Positions 24,955-38,176 of a DNA stretch of 64,000 nt are shown piece by piece (the first letter of the stretch is position 1; each line of letters starts with the position of its first letter). The stretch lies in NCBI GenBank assembly GCA_020891255.1, contig BQFW01000008.1, forward strand, positions 1,054,001-1,118,000. Direction: 5' to 3'. Source of the stretch: Entomortierella parvispora E1425 (lineage: Eukaryota; Fungi; Mortierellomycota). The notes below the pieces were generated by a model that saw only the letters and a program-made list of their open reading frames with translations, was not told where the DNA came from and searched no databases. The position numbers were made by a program, and so were the translations under genes.

Positions 24955-26884
24955 ATGAGCATCCCCTCTTATAGCAATGCTTGTATCGCCCCCAGTCTGT
25001 CTGGGACATCCGTATACTTGGTCGGTGTTCCAGCCGCGAACGAGGGGACCCTGGAGGTCAACTTGATTAACCTCAGCAGCATCGAATCGCCAACAGCCAC
25101 CTTCGTCAACCAGTCCAGCTTCTTCGTTTGGAACAGTGCTGCCCCAAAAGCCTGCTTTGCTTACCCTGGCAACTTGGGCGATACCAACAGTCCCGTGGTG
25201 ATGCAGCAGTTTGGAGTGAACTCCTACTTCACCAATATCTATCCCAACGGAACCATTGACTTTCCGACAAACTTTCAAAGCATGGGCTATGTCTCTCCAA
25301 AGCTGTTCTCGTTCACAGGTGCCGTTGGCACCTTGAACTGGTACACTGCGATGACCAACGCTTCCTCCCTTCTCACAAACTCACCCTGGGTTGGAGTTAG
25401 GCTCAATGCCACACTCGGAGTGAACAGCACCCGGGAGTAAGTTGCCTCAAATAATTGAGAGCGTCTTCGTCAGCTACCGAGCCTAGAAGGGTCTTTTTTT
25501 TTTTCCAGCTATTAACATTCACTCCCGGCTCTATCCTTTCTTTAGCTATGACATCTCTACATTCCCAACAACCAGCGCACTGCTATCTGTCGGTACCTAT
25601 GTGGCCTCTTCGAACACGCCAGCTCAAGGATACCACGTCGTGTTTGACAACCAAGGAGCAGGCATCATTTACACCACCTTGGATTCCTCGGCTCCCATTT
25701 TTACAAGTTTGGATCGCGTCCTTACCCTGTCCAGTCCAACACCTGTGAACATGGGTGGTATTATTCTTACCAGCAATGCCTTCTCGCTGACTATGGGTAG
25801 TGTCGGCTACATCTTGGATAAGGTAGGAGAAACGCCAAATGATTACCTATAAAGTGCTCAAGTCTGTCGCACTGTTCTAAGACTATTGCTTCAATAGGCT
25901 TCGGATGGATCTACGGTTCTGTACTCGATTACTCCTGGGACCTCATCCCAACTGCAGCGTGTCAGCATTCCAGGAAACGTGCCCACGTTTTCATCTATTC
26001 TGACTGCCACCCCCTTGGGCAACCAGATTATTACATTCGGAAGTTCAAGCAACGGAGCCTCTACCTTTTACAGCTTTAACACCGTGACAAACGCTTGGAG
26101 TGGCACGGCCCTGGTTAAGCCAAACATCCCATCTACTCCAGGTGGAGGTAACTCTGGCGGAAATGGAGGTAGCGGCAGTAACGGAGGCAACAGTGGAAAT
26201 TCGAGCAAAACCCCCATTGGAGCCATTGTCGGAGGAGTGGTTGGTGGTCTCGTAGTCATTGCCCTTATCGCCTTCTTTGTTATCCGTCACCGCAGAAGAC
26301 CGGCAAAGCCTACCCAGCTCGCAGCTGCACCGACTTCGTACCAGGATCCCAGCAAGATGCACAACCCTGCGGCGACACCTTTGATGGATCAGAACTATGT
26401 TCTCCAACAGCAGCAAATGGCACAGAATCAAATGGTTCAGCAACAGCCATATCAACAACAGCCATACCAGCAGCCTTATCAGCAGCAACAAGTGCCAATG
26501 CCTCAACAGCAGGCGCCGTTGCCTCAACAACCATATGGTGTCCAGCCACAACAGCAGGATCTCTATGCTTTTCAGACTCAGCCTTTGAGTCCCGTCCAGC
26601 ACCAAGGAACGCCTGTCATCTTCCAGGCCCAAACATCGGAACCTTACACCTACACACCTCCTACGCTGGTTCCTGCAGCTGAACCCGTTTCTCCCAACAT
26701 CTTCCAGCCTCAAAACTCAGAGTCTAGCCCCAGCGCTACCTACAATCAGTCTTCCTATGTCGGACCCACCTCCAGCGTTCATTCTCCCATGACCCCTGCC
26801 AGCCAAGCCTATACTCCGACTTCTAGTCACACCCCTTCCAACCCTCAGTTCACTCCTGCTCAAGGTGACAGTTACGCATTGTAG
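24955..26884 (+). CDS. Single-pass membrane protein: S/T/N-rich beta-type ectodomain, Gly-rich stalk, TM helix, Q/P/Y-rich tail; exons 24955-25436, 25546-25822, 25898-26884
   Basis: TM segment PIGAIVGGVVGGLVVIALIAFFVI followed by RHRRR, and two frame-consistent introns. It resembles the expanded Mortierellaceae GGxxGG single-pass family (inference). Confidence 0.8.
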
Positions 26885-27201
26885 AAATCATCAACAGCAA
26901 AGCCCCTAGTCCTCGGTTAATTTTCAATGATACTGATACCCAGGAAGCAAAGCGTATTACCTATGTGCTCAATCGCCTATATTTAAAAGAGAATCTATCC
27001 TGAATGCCAAAAAGATGGCCAAAAACCTCGCAAAACTTCACAGAACATTGTCCCAATAATAATAAAATATGAAAAAGCACACACACCCACATCCAATGTT
27101 TAAGACGCGTTTTTAATGAAAAGAGACATCGTTCGACAAGAGGATGTGGTCTATAGAGTGGGGAGGAGGCAGGTATAACTTGATAGAGTACTGTGTTTCA
27201 T

Positions 27202-27419
27202 TTACATAACCTTGGCACGCTTTTGCTTGGCCAAAAGAGCAAAGAGGACAATAGTGTACTTTTCCAATTGATCCTTGACCATGAAAAGGAGGGCCTGGGA
27301 GATGACGGCCTTTGTGATTTGTGCTTGCATGCCCTGAAATGCACAGACACCGAAAAAAGAGCGTCAGTGCCTTGTATGTTTACCACGTGAATATGTGACA
27401 CCAGGCGAACGTCTGATGT

Positions 27420-27455
<36 letters not shown>

Positions 27456-28539
27456 AAAATTGTTCCATCTTTGCACCAACTTACCGTGTACCAGCCCAGA
27501 ATACCTTCCTTGGCCATGACACGCTTCAAAACATCAATGGCACCAGTGTATGGCTTGTGAGTCTCAGCATCCTTCTTGGAGGGCTTCCACTGAAGACGGA
27601 CCTTAGCCATGATGTAAGGGTAAGTAACTACTGTGGCCAACGTCTTGGCCAGAGCGCCAACCAAGAAGACCAGTCCAGGTGTCATGTCCTTGCGCTTGAA
27701 GGCCTTCAAGACCAACTCCTGAATGCGCGAGTACATGCCATAGGTAATAGCGGGGTTCACGACAAGGACCAAGGAGGGCTTCAATCCCTTCCAGAGGCCA
27801 GTCCAGCCTTCCTCCCGCACAATTTCCATGGCAGTGGACTTCAGATCCTGACGCTCGCCCAAGGGCATAGTTTGCTGTCGAGTCGTCACAACAGCCACGG
27901 GGATCGTGAAGATCTGGGCCAGAGCACCAGCTCCAGCACCGATCAACAATTCCGTCAAGGTCGAGAGCGCGGCTCCTGAGGGCTGTCGGCTGATGTAACC
28001 GGATCGGATGAAAGTATACCAATAAAAGTAGGCAAAGTTTTGGGAAGCGGTACCCAAGAGACCTGACAAAAGTCCTGCATAGAGTCCGGGCAAGCCCTCA
28101 GTCTTGATGATCTTTTGAACTGCATCCGTGGTCGATTGATAAACATCCGGGTCCGATGTGTTCGCATCGGTTTTTGAACGAACTTGCATCCTGGTCTTGA
28201 TACTATGAGTGTCGCCGCAAGTGCAATTTTTTTTTAGGATGATTTCATATGTTAGTTTTGTTACCAGGCGCTTGGGTGGATGGCTAATGGTCTCTCTCCC
28301 TTCTTTCTCTTCTTCTTTAGACAATCGATCTGACTGATATAGAAAGGGTAGAAGCTCATAAAGCGACACCCCGAAAGATAAAAAAAGAAAGAGGCCGGGC
28401 AATGCACTGCTGGCATGCGCACACACACGCACACATGGCCTTACATGTCGAGGGGGTAGGTGCATGTCAATGCGAACATGGCACCACCGGTGCCGGCTAT
28501 GGCATGGCCAAAGGGGGAGAGTTTTGAACCACCAGCCAT
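27202..28539 (-). CDS. ANT1: Peroxisomal adenine nucleotide/CoA carrier (ANT1/PMP34, SLC25A17-like); exons 28445-28539, 27485-28202, 27202-27333
   Basis: Three carrier repeats (TYPLDIIKTRMQ, TIPVAVVTTRQQ, TYPYIMAKVRLQ) plus NFAYFYWY, LVVNPAITY and WYTGMQAQITKAV..QALLF. Confidence 0.92.
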
Positions 28540-29187
28540 TGGATATAAAGGGAAGGTGTGGTCTAGCGGGGAAAGGGAGTAGGTAACAGGCACAAAAACA
28601 AGAGCACGGACAGTGATGGAGATGGTGGATGGAGAAGAGAGGAGAGGAAAGAGAGAGAGAGAGAGAGCAGGTAATGGGCGGAATGAAGGAGAAGCAAGGG
28701 AAGCGAAGAGAAGCGAAGAAAGGTGTAAAGCAGGAGGACCGACAAAGAAGGTATTTCGATCGCTCTGTCGTAGCACTGGACCGGGAAGCGCGCACTCGGC
28801 CTTGGCTCCCAATGGCTGACAGGTGGAGAAAATCTCTCCGGGGTGGAGAAGCCACGCATTGGACCGCAGGTCTTTCACTCTTTCTTCAACTCTCTTTTGC
28901 ACACGGACACAGATCTGATATGACAGATATGACAGACACATAGGCAGGGCAACAGGGATGGCTAATCCAACCATGGGTTCCTCCGAGCTGGCGCGGCCCC
29001 CTCTGCTTGTACCTCAAAGCCCTCCTTCCGGATCACGGCATCATCCCCTTCCACACGAAAAAAAGTCACGGGACTGCCGTCTGGGTTTCGCCCGATTTGC
29101 CACCAAAATTGACCAAACAAGGGTCGCGTTTCTCGGCCAGGTCGTGACCTACTTTCATTCTTCTGCCCCATCCACCCTCCACTCGTC

Positions 29188-32100
29188 ATGGACACCATGG
29201 AGACTATGGACATGGAATCTATCATACGGCTGCATGACCAGGACAGCACGGGGGCATTACTGAGACAGCACTTTGATGCTCAGGACCCAAGCATCGAGGA
29301 ATCTGATCTTGTACATTCTTTACGGCTTTTTTTTTGTCTTCATTCAGGAGAATGGAGGGCATGTCGTGCTAAGTCCTTCTTTTCCCCTTCCCCTTTACCT
29401 AGATACCGAAGTTTGTGCTCGAGAGCCTAAGGGCTCATGCGTCATCTCATAGAGTCAGTGAATATGGCTCAGACTGCCTCTCTCTCATTAGGGCAATCTT
29501 GCGAGGTAATTTTATTTCCCATCTTTTTTTTAAAAAAAAAATATCAGTGCAATTTTACTGAATCTGTGTATCTATTAACATCGCCTTCAACCTGGAACTC
29601 CAGCATCGCCTGAGGATGAGAAAGGAAAGAAGAGGCGTTCTCAAGTTCTCAAAGGATCGATCAATTGGTACTGTTTCGTTGTTCGATAACAGAGGTCAAT
29701 GTTCTTCTATGAGACTGACATTGCTGACATTTTATTCATCTTTTAGGATTATCCAAGCAGGAGAGAACAGCTCAGAAGATTCTGAGAAAAGCACGGCAAG
29801 AGGAAACAATCAGGTGGATGAAGTGACAGCGAAGCTGGTGAACGCTCTTATCGACGTAGGGCAGTCATTCCCACAGGAAGCACTAGTAGAGTCGATTTCC
29901 TCCATTGTGGAGCTTATACGGCACCAACAACATCCACACAGTCAGGCGTTCGCCCTTTTATCACGGATCCTAGTCATCGTTACAAATTCGGAGTCTGTTA
30001 TGGTCCCTAGCTCTTCGGAGGAAATTCCTGGTCAGGACTTTAAGGCAATGATTCTGGATCGCATTTGCACAGTACCCTGGAACCCAAAAAGTGTGTTACC
30101 TCTCGCCACCGCTCTCGGTGATTTGGACATGGACAGTAAACAACTGGAAGCAGCTATCGTCAAAATTATGAAGCAATTCAAGTTGGTTGACGCGACCGAT
30201 CTCCCTGTGTTGATATACAACCTCCTGTTGCTCTCGTCAAAGGTAGCATCAGGATGTCATGACTTTGATCATCCTATTCTTCCTGGACTGGTAACTAAAA
30301 GCACTTTCACTCTTTTCAAATAGGGCCACCGAGGATTGGTAATCAGTGGCACATTCGAGTTCTTTGATAGACTTGATGCAGGAGGAGCAATGGCCAACAG
30401 GTATGATCCTAGCTTGCAGTTCTTCATACACGATCATACCAGAAATCTCACGACGTCAAATAACATGTTATATTGCTCTTATTATAGTTTGATCTCGGAC
30501 AATCCGAAAGGGGCGGCACGTCTTGCATTTCCAGAGTTGAGTGCCATTGAAAGTACAGCAGTCCTTCATTTCGGCTTTGCTGTTAAGCAGGATCAGGAAC
30601 TGGGCTTGCAACTCTTGAAGCATATGAAGAGCGGAAAGGCAGCCTTCCTTTCATCATTTTCATTGACATGCTTAATGACTATGGCCAGAATCCATCGATT
30701 TGAGGACAATGTTATGGATTATCTGAAGTCATCCATCTTAACGGTATTCAAGGACGCCGAGAGGATGAGGCGCGAGACTTGGGTGACAGGTAAGCATTGC
30801 ATGATGGACCGTGTTTCTCGATATGCCCTCTAACCCAAGGTTATAATGATAGAATTCCACGGCATGTCGCCAACACCGCTCTTGCACATGTTCGGCGATA
30901 TCATCAAAAAGATACCGTACGGTCTAGAACAACTCATACCGAGCATCGTGCTTTGCGGCGTGTACATTATGGATACGATGGCCCCAACCCCCTTGCGGAA
31001 AGCATCTGGTATGTAGAAATGTGCATTTGAATGCTAAGAGGGGCAATCGTCCCTATCTAACACAGACCTTTCTCTCTTGCTTCTTTAGACAAAGACATGG
31101 CTAGAACATTGACCCCGAAAACGGCCAATGAGTTTGCGTGTGATCTTGGTGCAAAGATTCTGGCAGAGACTTTCAAGGTAACTATCCCATTCTGAGATAC
31201 GGTCGACTGGACTTTCATATAGAGCTAACTTTTATTTGGGTTTAATGTTCGTAGACGCAATCGTCAGCGCGGACAGAAATTTTGGATCACATTATGTCTA
31301 GGATTGTTACAAAATCATCGAGTACAGTTTTTTTCTTACAACTTTTGGAGACAATTGTAAAGGATAGCCCCGAGGAACTTGAGGAGCATTTGCCCAGAAT
31401 CAAGGAGTCGCTCGATTACCTCTCATTTTTGTCCTTGACTACGGCTATTCATTTAATGGCTGCCGTGAAGGACGTGGCCAAGGCGAACAGATCATTCAGG
31501 GACAGTCTCATTTTGATTTTGCGGAAGGCTCTCTTTTCAAAGTACAGATTCTACGATTTGCTTGTCTGCGGCACCCGAGACGTTTGAAATATCCCTAACA
31601 AACACTTTTCGTTATCGATAGAACTCTGGAAAGCCGGAAGGTGGCCCTTTCTGGATTCCTTCTTCTTCTTGGTCCCTCTTCTGCTACCCGTCTGACATTA
31701 CGAGGCTCTAGTAGGGCAATTGCCCACACTGATAGTGATGCTGAAATTCCAGGCTATGCCATCGAGATTCTTGGTATGAAGAGGCCTATTCTCAGGATTT
31801 ATTTCGATGACCCTATGTGTGCTTGCAAGATTTTAATATTTTTTTGTCATATAGGCATGCTCAGGCGCTGTTTGGGTCAGCAAGGTGACGTTCGCCTGGC
31901 TTTTTACAGTAGCTTGATGGAACTTACAGAATCATCACCAAGTCTTGTACCGATTATATTCGAAATTGTTCATGCTCATGTAAGCTTTATCCCTAGAAAA
32001 AGGATACTGGTTCCGCATGCCGTAGCTGACCTTGGTATTTGTGTCTGGCAACATTAGTTTTCACACTTCTATGATCACGATGGAACGCGAGCAGCGCCTC

Positions 32101-35100
32101 TTAAACTTGAAGAGTGTGTAGCGAACTCGAATAATGGCGGAGAGCCGACTCTGACTGAGCCCTTGCAGTATCTGATGTCGTGCCTCGTTCGTTCTCTTAT
32201 TGGTGTTCAGAGACGAAAGAAGCGCTCGTCTGGTTTCGGAGGTAATGACTCGTCTACTTGGCTTGCTGTTAATTCCCATCCACGAAAAATGACTTACACA
32301 ATAGCTTCTGCCTATTATAGAGGACAATGCTGCTGATGAGCGACTTGTAGATGATGCCCGACAGACTTTGGATAGGGTCTTACTAGGACTTGATAGGGCC
32401 GGACTGGAAGATTTTGGGCTGGAGGATACGTCTGATTTCAACATGGCCACCAATATAGGTGCACGAAACAACATGTATGCGTCTCTACTCATCGGATGCT
32501 ATGAGTCTGCAATCGAATACACTGTTCTCAAGGGGCAGAGCCAGGAGTCAGCTCCTCATGGAAAGACACCTGCGTCTCAAAGACGAAACCCTGGCGACAC
32601 TACAATGTCAAACGAATCCTTGGAACTTATCCTTAATCTTTTCGGAAAGATGCGCAAGTTGCATGACGTTGTACGAGAGAAAGTCGCCATGCCACGAGGT
32701 AATTGTCCTAATAATTTTGAATCTCGCATTCCTTATCCTGCTCAGTTCCTCACCTTAGTTTTTTTTTCAATTGACTGGTGGCTAAAAAATCTAGGCAAGA
32801 AGTTGGGCCCCTTGGGAGAAGCCTCTATTCTTGGCATGGAGTGTATAACGCGATTGTTAGAGAATGTATTTGTGGAGCCTTCATCGATCGACGAAAGACA
32901 AAGTGCAGATGTTCCCGTCTTGCGAAAAAATGAAGACTTTGTTTACTACATTACGACAGTTGCCCACGTCTCGCTCTCTCAGGTAAAAACATGTCCATGT
33001 CAGTCCGCCCCGAACCCTTTTTTATTTTTATTTTTGTGAACAAAGCATCTAATATTTAATTTGACGTAGCTCAATTCCAACGCCGAGACTTTGAGAGAGG
33101 AAGAGTATGCCTACTGTCGTCAACTCTGCAAGGTCCTGGTCCGTGAATTTCTCGTCAGCGACAGAGTCAACGGGCCGAAAGCCCTGGCTGCCGGAGCCAA
33201 AAGCAAGGACAAGAATAAGTCGTGGCTAATGGTAGGAATCGAAGGAATCATGGCTGGCCTGATGATCCTCCAACGATTCCATGCCATTCCTTTATCTTTG
33301 TCAGGCACTAAATGTTCCTCGGAATCAGCCGAGGCTATGCAGAAAGGTAAAGTCGTGGCAGGGTTTCTTGCAGCGATCTTGCCTCAAGTCAATGGCGGTC
33401 ACGACCCGGATCAGCAACCAGTGGATGTTGTTGCTTGGACAACCTCCTGCACCATCAACCCGGATATCGACAGTCTTGCATCGGCATTCATTCGATACCT
33501 CGAAGCGCTCTTCGTCCTCTTTATGAACGAGACTATACCTCTGTTGAAGGAAGCTGCTGGCCTTTTGGGTTTGATTCAACTATTGTCCAAGTATCTGGAT
33601 CGACCAAACCATCGTGGAGCAACGGTAGAGAAAGATGGCCAAACAGTCGCATCGAGCCATCTGGACCAGCTCGTTTATTGGTTGGTTAAAGCCTGTCGCG
33701 AACAGCCTGTGGACGACCCAGCTCTGGCAAAAACGATGTTATCCATGTTGTTACAGATCGAGACCGAATCTGCCTCGCCCGAAGAAAACGCCAAGCTCAC
33801 TGTCATGGACAATAATATGGCCGATATCGGGACAGCAGGTGTGGCGGGTGCGGCGGGTACTTTGGGGCTCGGACGAGTGACTGCATCTTCTCTTCTCGCT
33901 CACTGTCCCCAAGCAGCCGTGCGACTGCGACTGGCAGGAGACATATTACTCACGCACGGTATCAACCTCTCGACACAGCAGAGTCTGCACGATATCCAGC
34001 CACATCAGGATATGGACGAAGACACGGAGCGACTTCTCCGATTGCGGGAAGAAATCGGTATTGAGCCTGTCTTTGCCGTGGTCACCATGAGGACGGTATC
34101 AGCAGTGACCGATGTACTGTTGCAGCAGGTCGATCGATCTCTGGAAGCTCTAGAGTGGGCCTTGACCAAACTCCGCTATTGCGGACTACATGCGATGCAG
34201 CCAAGTAAGTCATTTAGCGATATGGCTAAACTTGTGGTATTCATTTTTAATGGAAAAGCTGCACCACCCAGCACGACCGGGGAAACGGCAATGAGGGAAA
34301 TAAGTGTTCGATGAGCGACGGGCAGCTGGGGGGCCTGATAAGAGATGGCTGAAGTCTGGAAGACGTGATGGCCGACGTATATTTCTATTTTTTGAGAAAT
34401 TGGGTTGCGGAGATTATTACAACCAGCGATCAAAGCTTTGATAAGATCTCATCTAACGTGGAGCGCAAATAGTAATTTGCTGAAAGTTGGTACTGTATTT
34501 AGGTGGACAAATGGGGCATTCTTTCCGCTCATTGTTCTATTGTGCAGATAGGCAGGAGGATGGACTGTTTCTTTCGGACCTAACTTTTGCTTTGAGAGAG
34601 GGGCTATTGACCTCGAATTATAAGATGTTTTTGACGGCGGGCTGTGAAGAACATAGTGACAGGGTGGTGTTTTTGTTCCAACAGAGTCTAGCCTTGTTGC
34701 TGAGCACAGCAGGCATCCAAAAGATAACGCCATTTAAGAGAGCGATGTGAAGGTGCACACGGAGCAAGAGCATCCCTTTGTTTATTTTGGCCTGTTGAAA
34801 AGAGGATGGAGCAACGTGGGATCGGACTGAATACTGATTAAGTAAGAGTGAATTGAGGAGGGAAAGAGTGAGCATTGGTCACCGTGCATGAACCTGTTGG
34901 CTTGTCCTCCCTTCGTCCTCTATCAATATTTATGTCCGCCACTCATATTCCCTCGTTCTCTCTCTTTGTCCACTGGTATTGTGGCCGCCAATACTTATTT
35001 TTTTTTTATCTCTCATTGTTAGGTTCGAGCTCTGCCAATCGGTGCACAAAACGGGCAGGCGCTGGCGATCTACAGCCAATGATCCGTTCAGATTCGTCGT

Positions 35101-36332
35101 CGTCCTCGGGGTCTACTGCAGGCGGTCCTATCCCTGCTGCTGCTACTGCAGACTCTAGATTTGATCCCCATGGACAATGTCGTCCAAATGACTGCGTCAT
35201 GGCCTTTTCATCCCTCAATGGCAAGAATGAACAGGCAACGAAAAGATCTGTCCAAGAATTCGAAACCGACATCTGCTGGAGGATTGAGATTTGCATGTGG
35301 GTTTTGGTACGGATCAGTTTGACCAACATTGACCGACCCTCGGGCGAGCACCTTATTCGAGTCCTTCAAAGATGCTACAAAGTCCTGACTGCGCTTACGA
35401 AGCACTATGTCACCCCTGTGCCCCACAGTCCAACGAACCTGTTTCCTGCGGCTGCATCTCTTGGGCTGAGTCTGACCGGCAGCGGCGCCACGGCCACATC
35501 TTCATCTTCTGGAAAATCCAGCCGTGGCTCAGGATCTGCCGCGGGTACAATCCAGATACCCCATGGATTCCTCCGTGTGACCCAAGTCGCTGGTCTAGAG
35601 CTCTCGAGACACGTCTACACCTTTTTGAGTTTTTTCCAATTGCTGGATGAAGAGCAAATGGCCATGACCCGTCAGAACCAAGGAGGAAACAAGGGAAAAG
35701 GTAAAAGTCAGGATAAGAAGGGTAAAGCCAAGGGGCATGGAGCAGACATGCCCGTTTCATGGGCCAATGAAATGATGGGTAGCAACCCTGCCAAATCTCG
35801 CCAAAAGGCAAAGATTCTTCGCGAGTCCAAGTTGATCCCAATGTTGATCTATGGCGTGGAGCAGTACGAACGGTTTGTTATTCAGCTCAGCAAAAAGTCC
35901 AAGGTCAACTTGACGCAGTTTATGAGGAGGAGTATCGCACGCGACTTTCGAATCCACATCCAGCGCCTTGGGGATTTGGGCCTTGAAGATCGATACGATC
36001 AGGAGAGGCAAGAGCAACAAGAGCGTCGATTGCAACAGCAGCAGCAGCAAGGGCCGCATGACGAAGAAGAAGAACCGGGGCAAGATATGAATATGGACGT
36101 TGACATGGTAAGTGAGGAACATTTGACGGCTGATAGCCAGAAGCGCAAGAATAGGATGATTGAGATTATCATCACCATCATTACACTGTCTGTTTTCTGA
36201 CATTCTGAATGCACGTTCCATCATTGGGAAATATAGGCACAACATGAGGATGATGACGACGAGAGGGTAACGAAAGAAGAAGAAGAAGAAGACGAAGCCC
36301 TGATACGATCTCGCAAACGTGCCAAACATTAA
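29188..36332 (+). CDS. FANCI: Fanconi anemia group I protein homolog, multi-exon
   Basis: RDSLILILRKALFSK-TLESRKVALSGFLLLL (monoubiquitination region), LRRCLGQQGDVR, KLEECV..EPL, and the C-terminal KILRESKLIPMLIYGVEQYERFVIQLSKKSKVNL..RDFRI. The protein ends in a basic NLS, RKRAKH*. Not every internal exon boundary was checked. Confidence 0.93.
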
Positions 36333-36725
36333 TTATCATGAGCCGATTGCAGTCCAAGCTTTCACAAATAAAAAAAAAAAGGAAGGCGAAAAATCTCTTG
36401 TTTTTTTTCCGACCGTTGCAATCTTTTGGCGTCAGGTGGGGAAAGAGTGGTGCCATCGCTCCAGCCCAAGCACACAACAACACAATCATTCAGAGCATGC
36501 AGGACAAGAAAAACCGTTGTAGGACGAAACAAAGCGACCACAAAATTTTGAGGAATGATAATATACAAGTATTTATTACAGAGGACAGTTATGACCTTTC
36601 AGAAGGGATGATCGACAGAGGTCAGAGGTATTAGGATTGCGCTAAACAGATCGCAAGTGGGTAGGGGGATGATATACAGGAAGAAACAACTTGCTCAAAC
36701 GGGGCCATGGGAAACCCAAAGGGTC

Positions 36726-37634
36726 TCATTGGTACATGGGAGGGGGCTGCATGTAAGGTTGAGGCAAGAGCATCGAGGGCGCTGATGATCCTGTGGAAGT
36801 CGTGGAGAAGGCAGGCGAAGAAGGACAGCTCATCGAGGGCAAAGACTCATAATGGGACTGAGTTGGATGATGATAGTAGGGCTGTTGTTGGTGATGGTAC
36901 TGCTGCTGCTGCTGCTGCTGGTACTGAGCCTGCTGAGGGTGGCTGTAGTATTGATGGGCAGGGGCTGGGCTATAGGGAGCATAGGAAGCAGGAGAGTGGG
37001 GTGCAAACAGCGAGGGCAGCTGAGGAGCCTGGCTCGAGTGATGAACGGATCTCAAAGGAGGCGAGACCGAAGAGTACTTGTGAGAGGCAGGGCTCGAGGG
37101 CGAGAGAGGAGGCGACTGAAGCTGGTGGTGGGCGGCCAAGGGCACCAAGGAGGGCAAGGTCTGCTGGGGCTGAGGAGCGGGCGAGGACGAGACCGAGGCA
37201 GGGGAGGAGGCCCTTGAAGAGTTGGCCGAGGAAGGAGCAGGGGCCTGGAGCGAGGCAGCGCAGGGAGGCGTAGAGGTCTCGAGACCTGCCACGGACCGAA
37301 GACGACGAATCTCGGTGATGGCGTTGCGAAGCGTCGTGATCGAGTTGGACTTGACAGCGGGCTTCTTCTCGCCATTCTCGTTTTGTTGCAACTGTTGCTC
37401 CTGGTGCTCTTGGTTCTCGGTGGCGGATTCGCGCACGAGGTTGGCAAGCTCGGCCAAGAGTTGGTTCATGGTGTCACGACGCTGGCGCTCATCGAGGATG
37501 TGGGTCGCACGACGCTTCTCCAGGGCCGTGAGACGGGAGATAGAATCGACATTTTTGCGGTTGAGGACGTTGACACCGTGCAGGCGAAAGACGTTCTTGG
37601 CAGGGGCTGCTGAGGCAGTGGAGGTTGCAGTCAT
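36726..37634 (-). CDS. bHLH transcription factor, intronless, with S/P/Q-rich C-terminus
   Basis: Basic region RRATHILDERQRR, helix 1 DTMNQLLAELANLV, helix 2 KSNSITTLRNAITEIRRL. ATG 37634 follows a CT-rich leader. Confidence 0.85.
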   Translation of the reverse strand: MTATSTASAAPAKNVFRLHGVNVLNRKNVDSISRLTALEKRRATHILDERQRRDTMNQLLAELANLVRESATENQEHQEQQLQQNENGEKKPAVKSNSITTLRNAITEIRRLRSVAGLETSTPPCAASLQAPAPSSANSSRASSPASVSSSPAPQPQQTLPSLVPLAAHHQLQSPPLSPSSPASHKYSSVSPPLRSVHHSSQAPQLPSLFAPHSPASYAPYSPAPAHQYYSHPQQAQYQQQQQQQYHHQQQPYYHHPTQSHYESLPSMSCPSSPAFSTTSTGSSAPSMLLPQPYMQPPPMYQ

Positions 37635-37677
37635 AGTGAAAGTGAAGGGGTGATGACAAAGGGAACGAGATGACAGC

Positions 37678-37683
<6 letters not shown>

Positions 37684-37708
<25 letters not shown>
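37684..37708. repeat. (AG)n microsatellite in the bHLH 5' leader
   Basis: Directly visible dinucleotide run. Confidence 0.9.
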
Positions 37709-38116
37709 TGAGCAAAGAAAGGAAAGAAGGGATAAAGGGATGTGGAGCAAGGCAAGAAAGAAGGAAGGGAAGGAAGGAAGGGTGGGGGAAGAGAGAAATA
37801 GAGAAGAGGGAGAGAGGGGGGATGCGGGACATGGGTCTCTTTATATGGACAGCGGCGATTCAATAGGGGTCTGATACAATAAAGATGGGCGAGATAATAC
37901 GGACGAGGGCGAAACCTTGTTTCTGGCAGGATTGAATGGCGACTGAGTACTGATATCGGAGGGGGGTTGTTTGTTTTCTTTTTTTTCTTTTTTTTTTTTT
38001 TTTTTTTTCTTTTTTGGCTGTTCTCTCTGCTCCTTCTTTTTCAGGCACATCCATGGAACAAATGAACAGGGCAGTGTGTGGGTGTGGGTGGGTGTATGTG
38101 GTGTGTTGTATGTACG

Positions 38117-38172
<56 letters not shown>
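38117..38172. repeat. Compound (TC)n(TG)n microsatellite
   Basis: About 14 TC units followed directly by about 14 TG units. Confidence 0.95.

Positions 38173-38176
<4 letters not shown>

Noticed and set aside
27419-28855. 478-aa ORF reading through ANT1 intron 1 and the 5' leader
   Set aside because: The upstream part is CT-rich leader and intron with few possible stops and a GTG start. The spliced model from ATG 28539 restores the first carrier repeat.
36338-36634. 98-aa plus-strand ORF after FANCI
   Set aside because: It lies in the convergent 3' UTR region, is driven by poly-A/poly-T runs, and has no recognisable motif.
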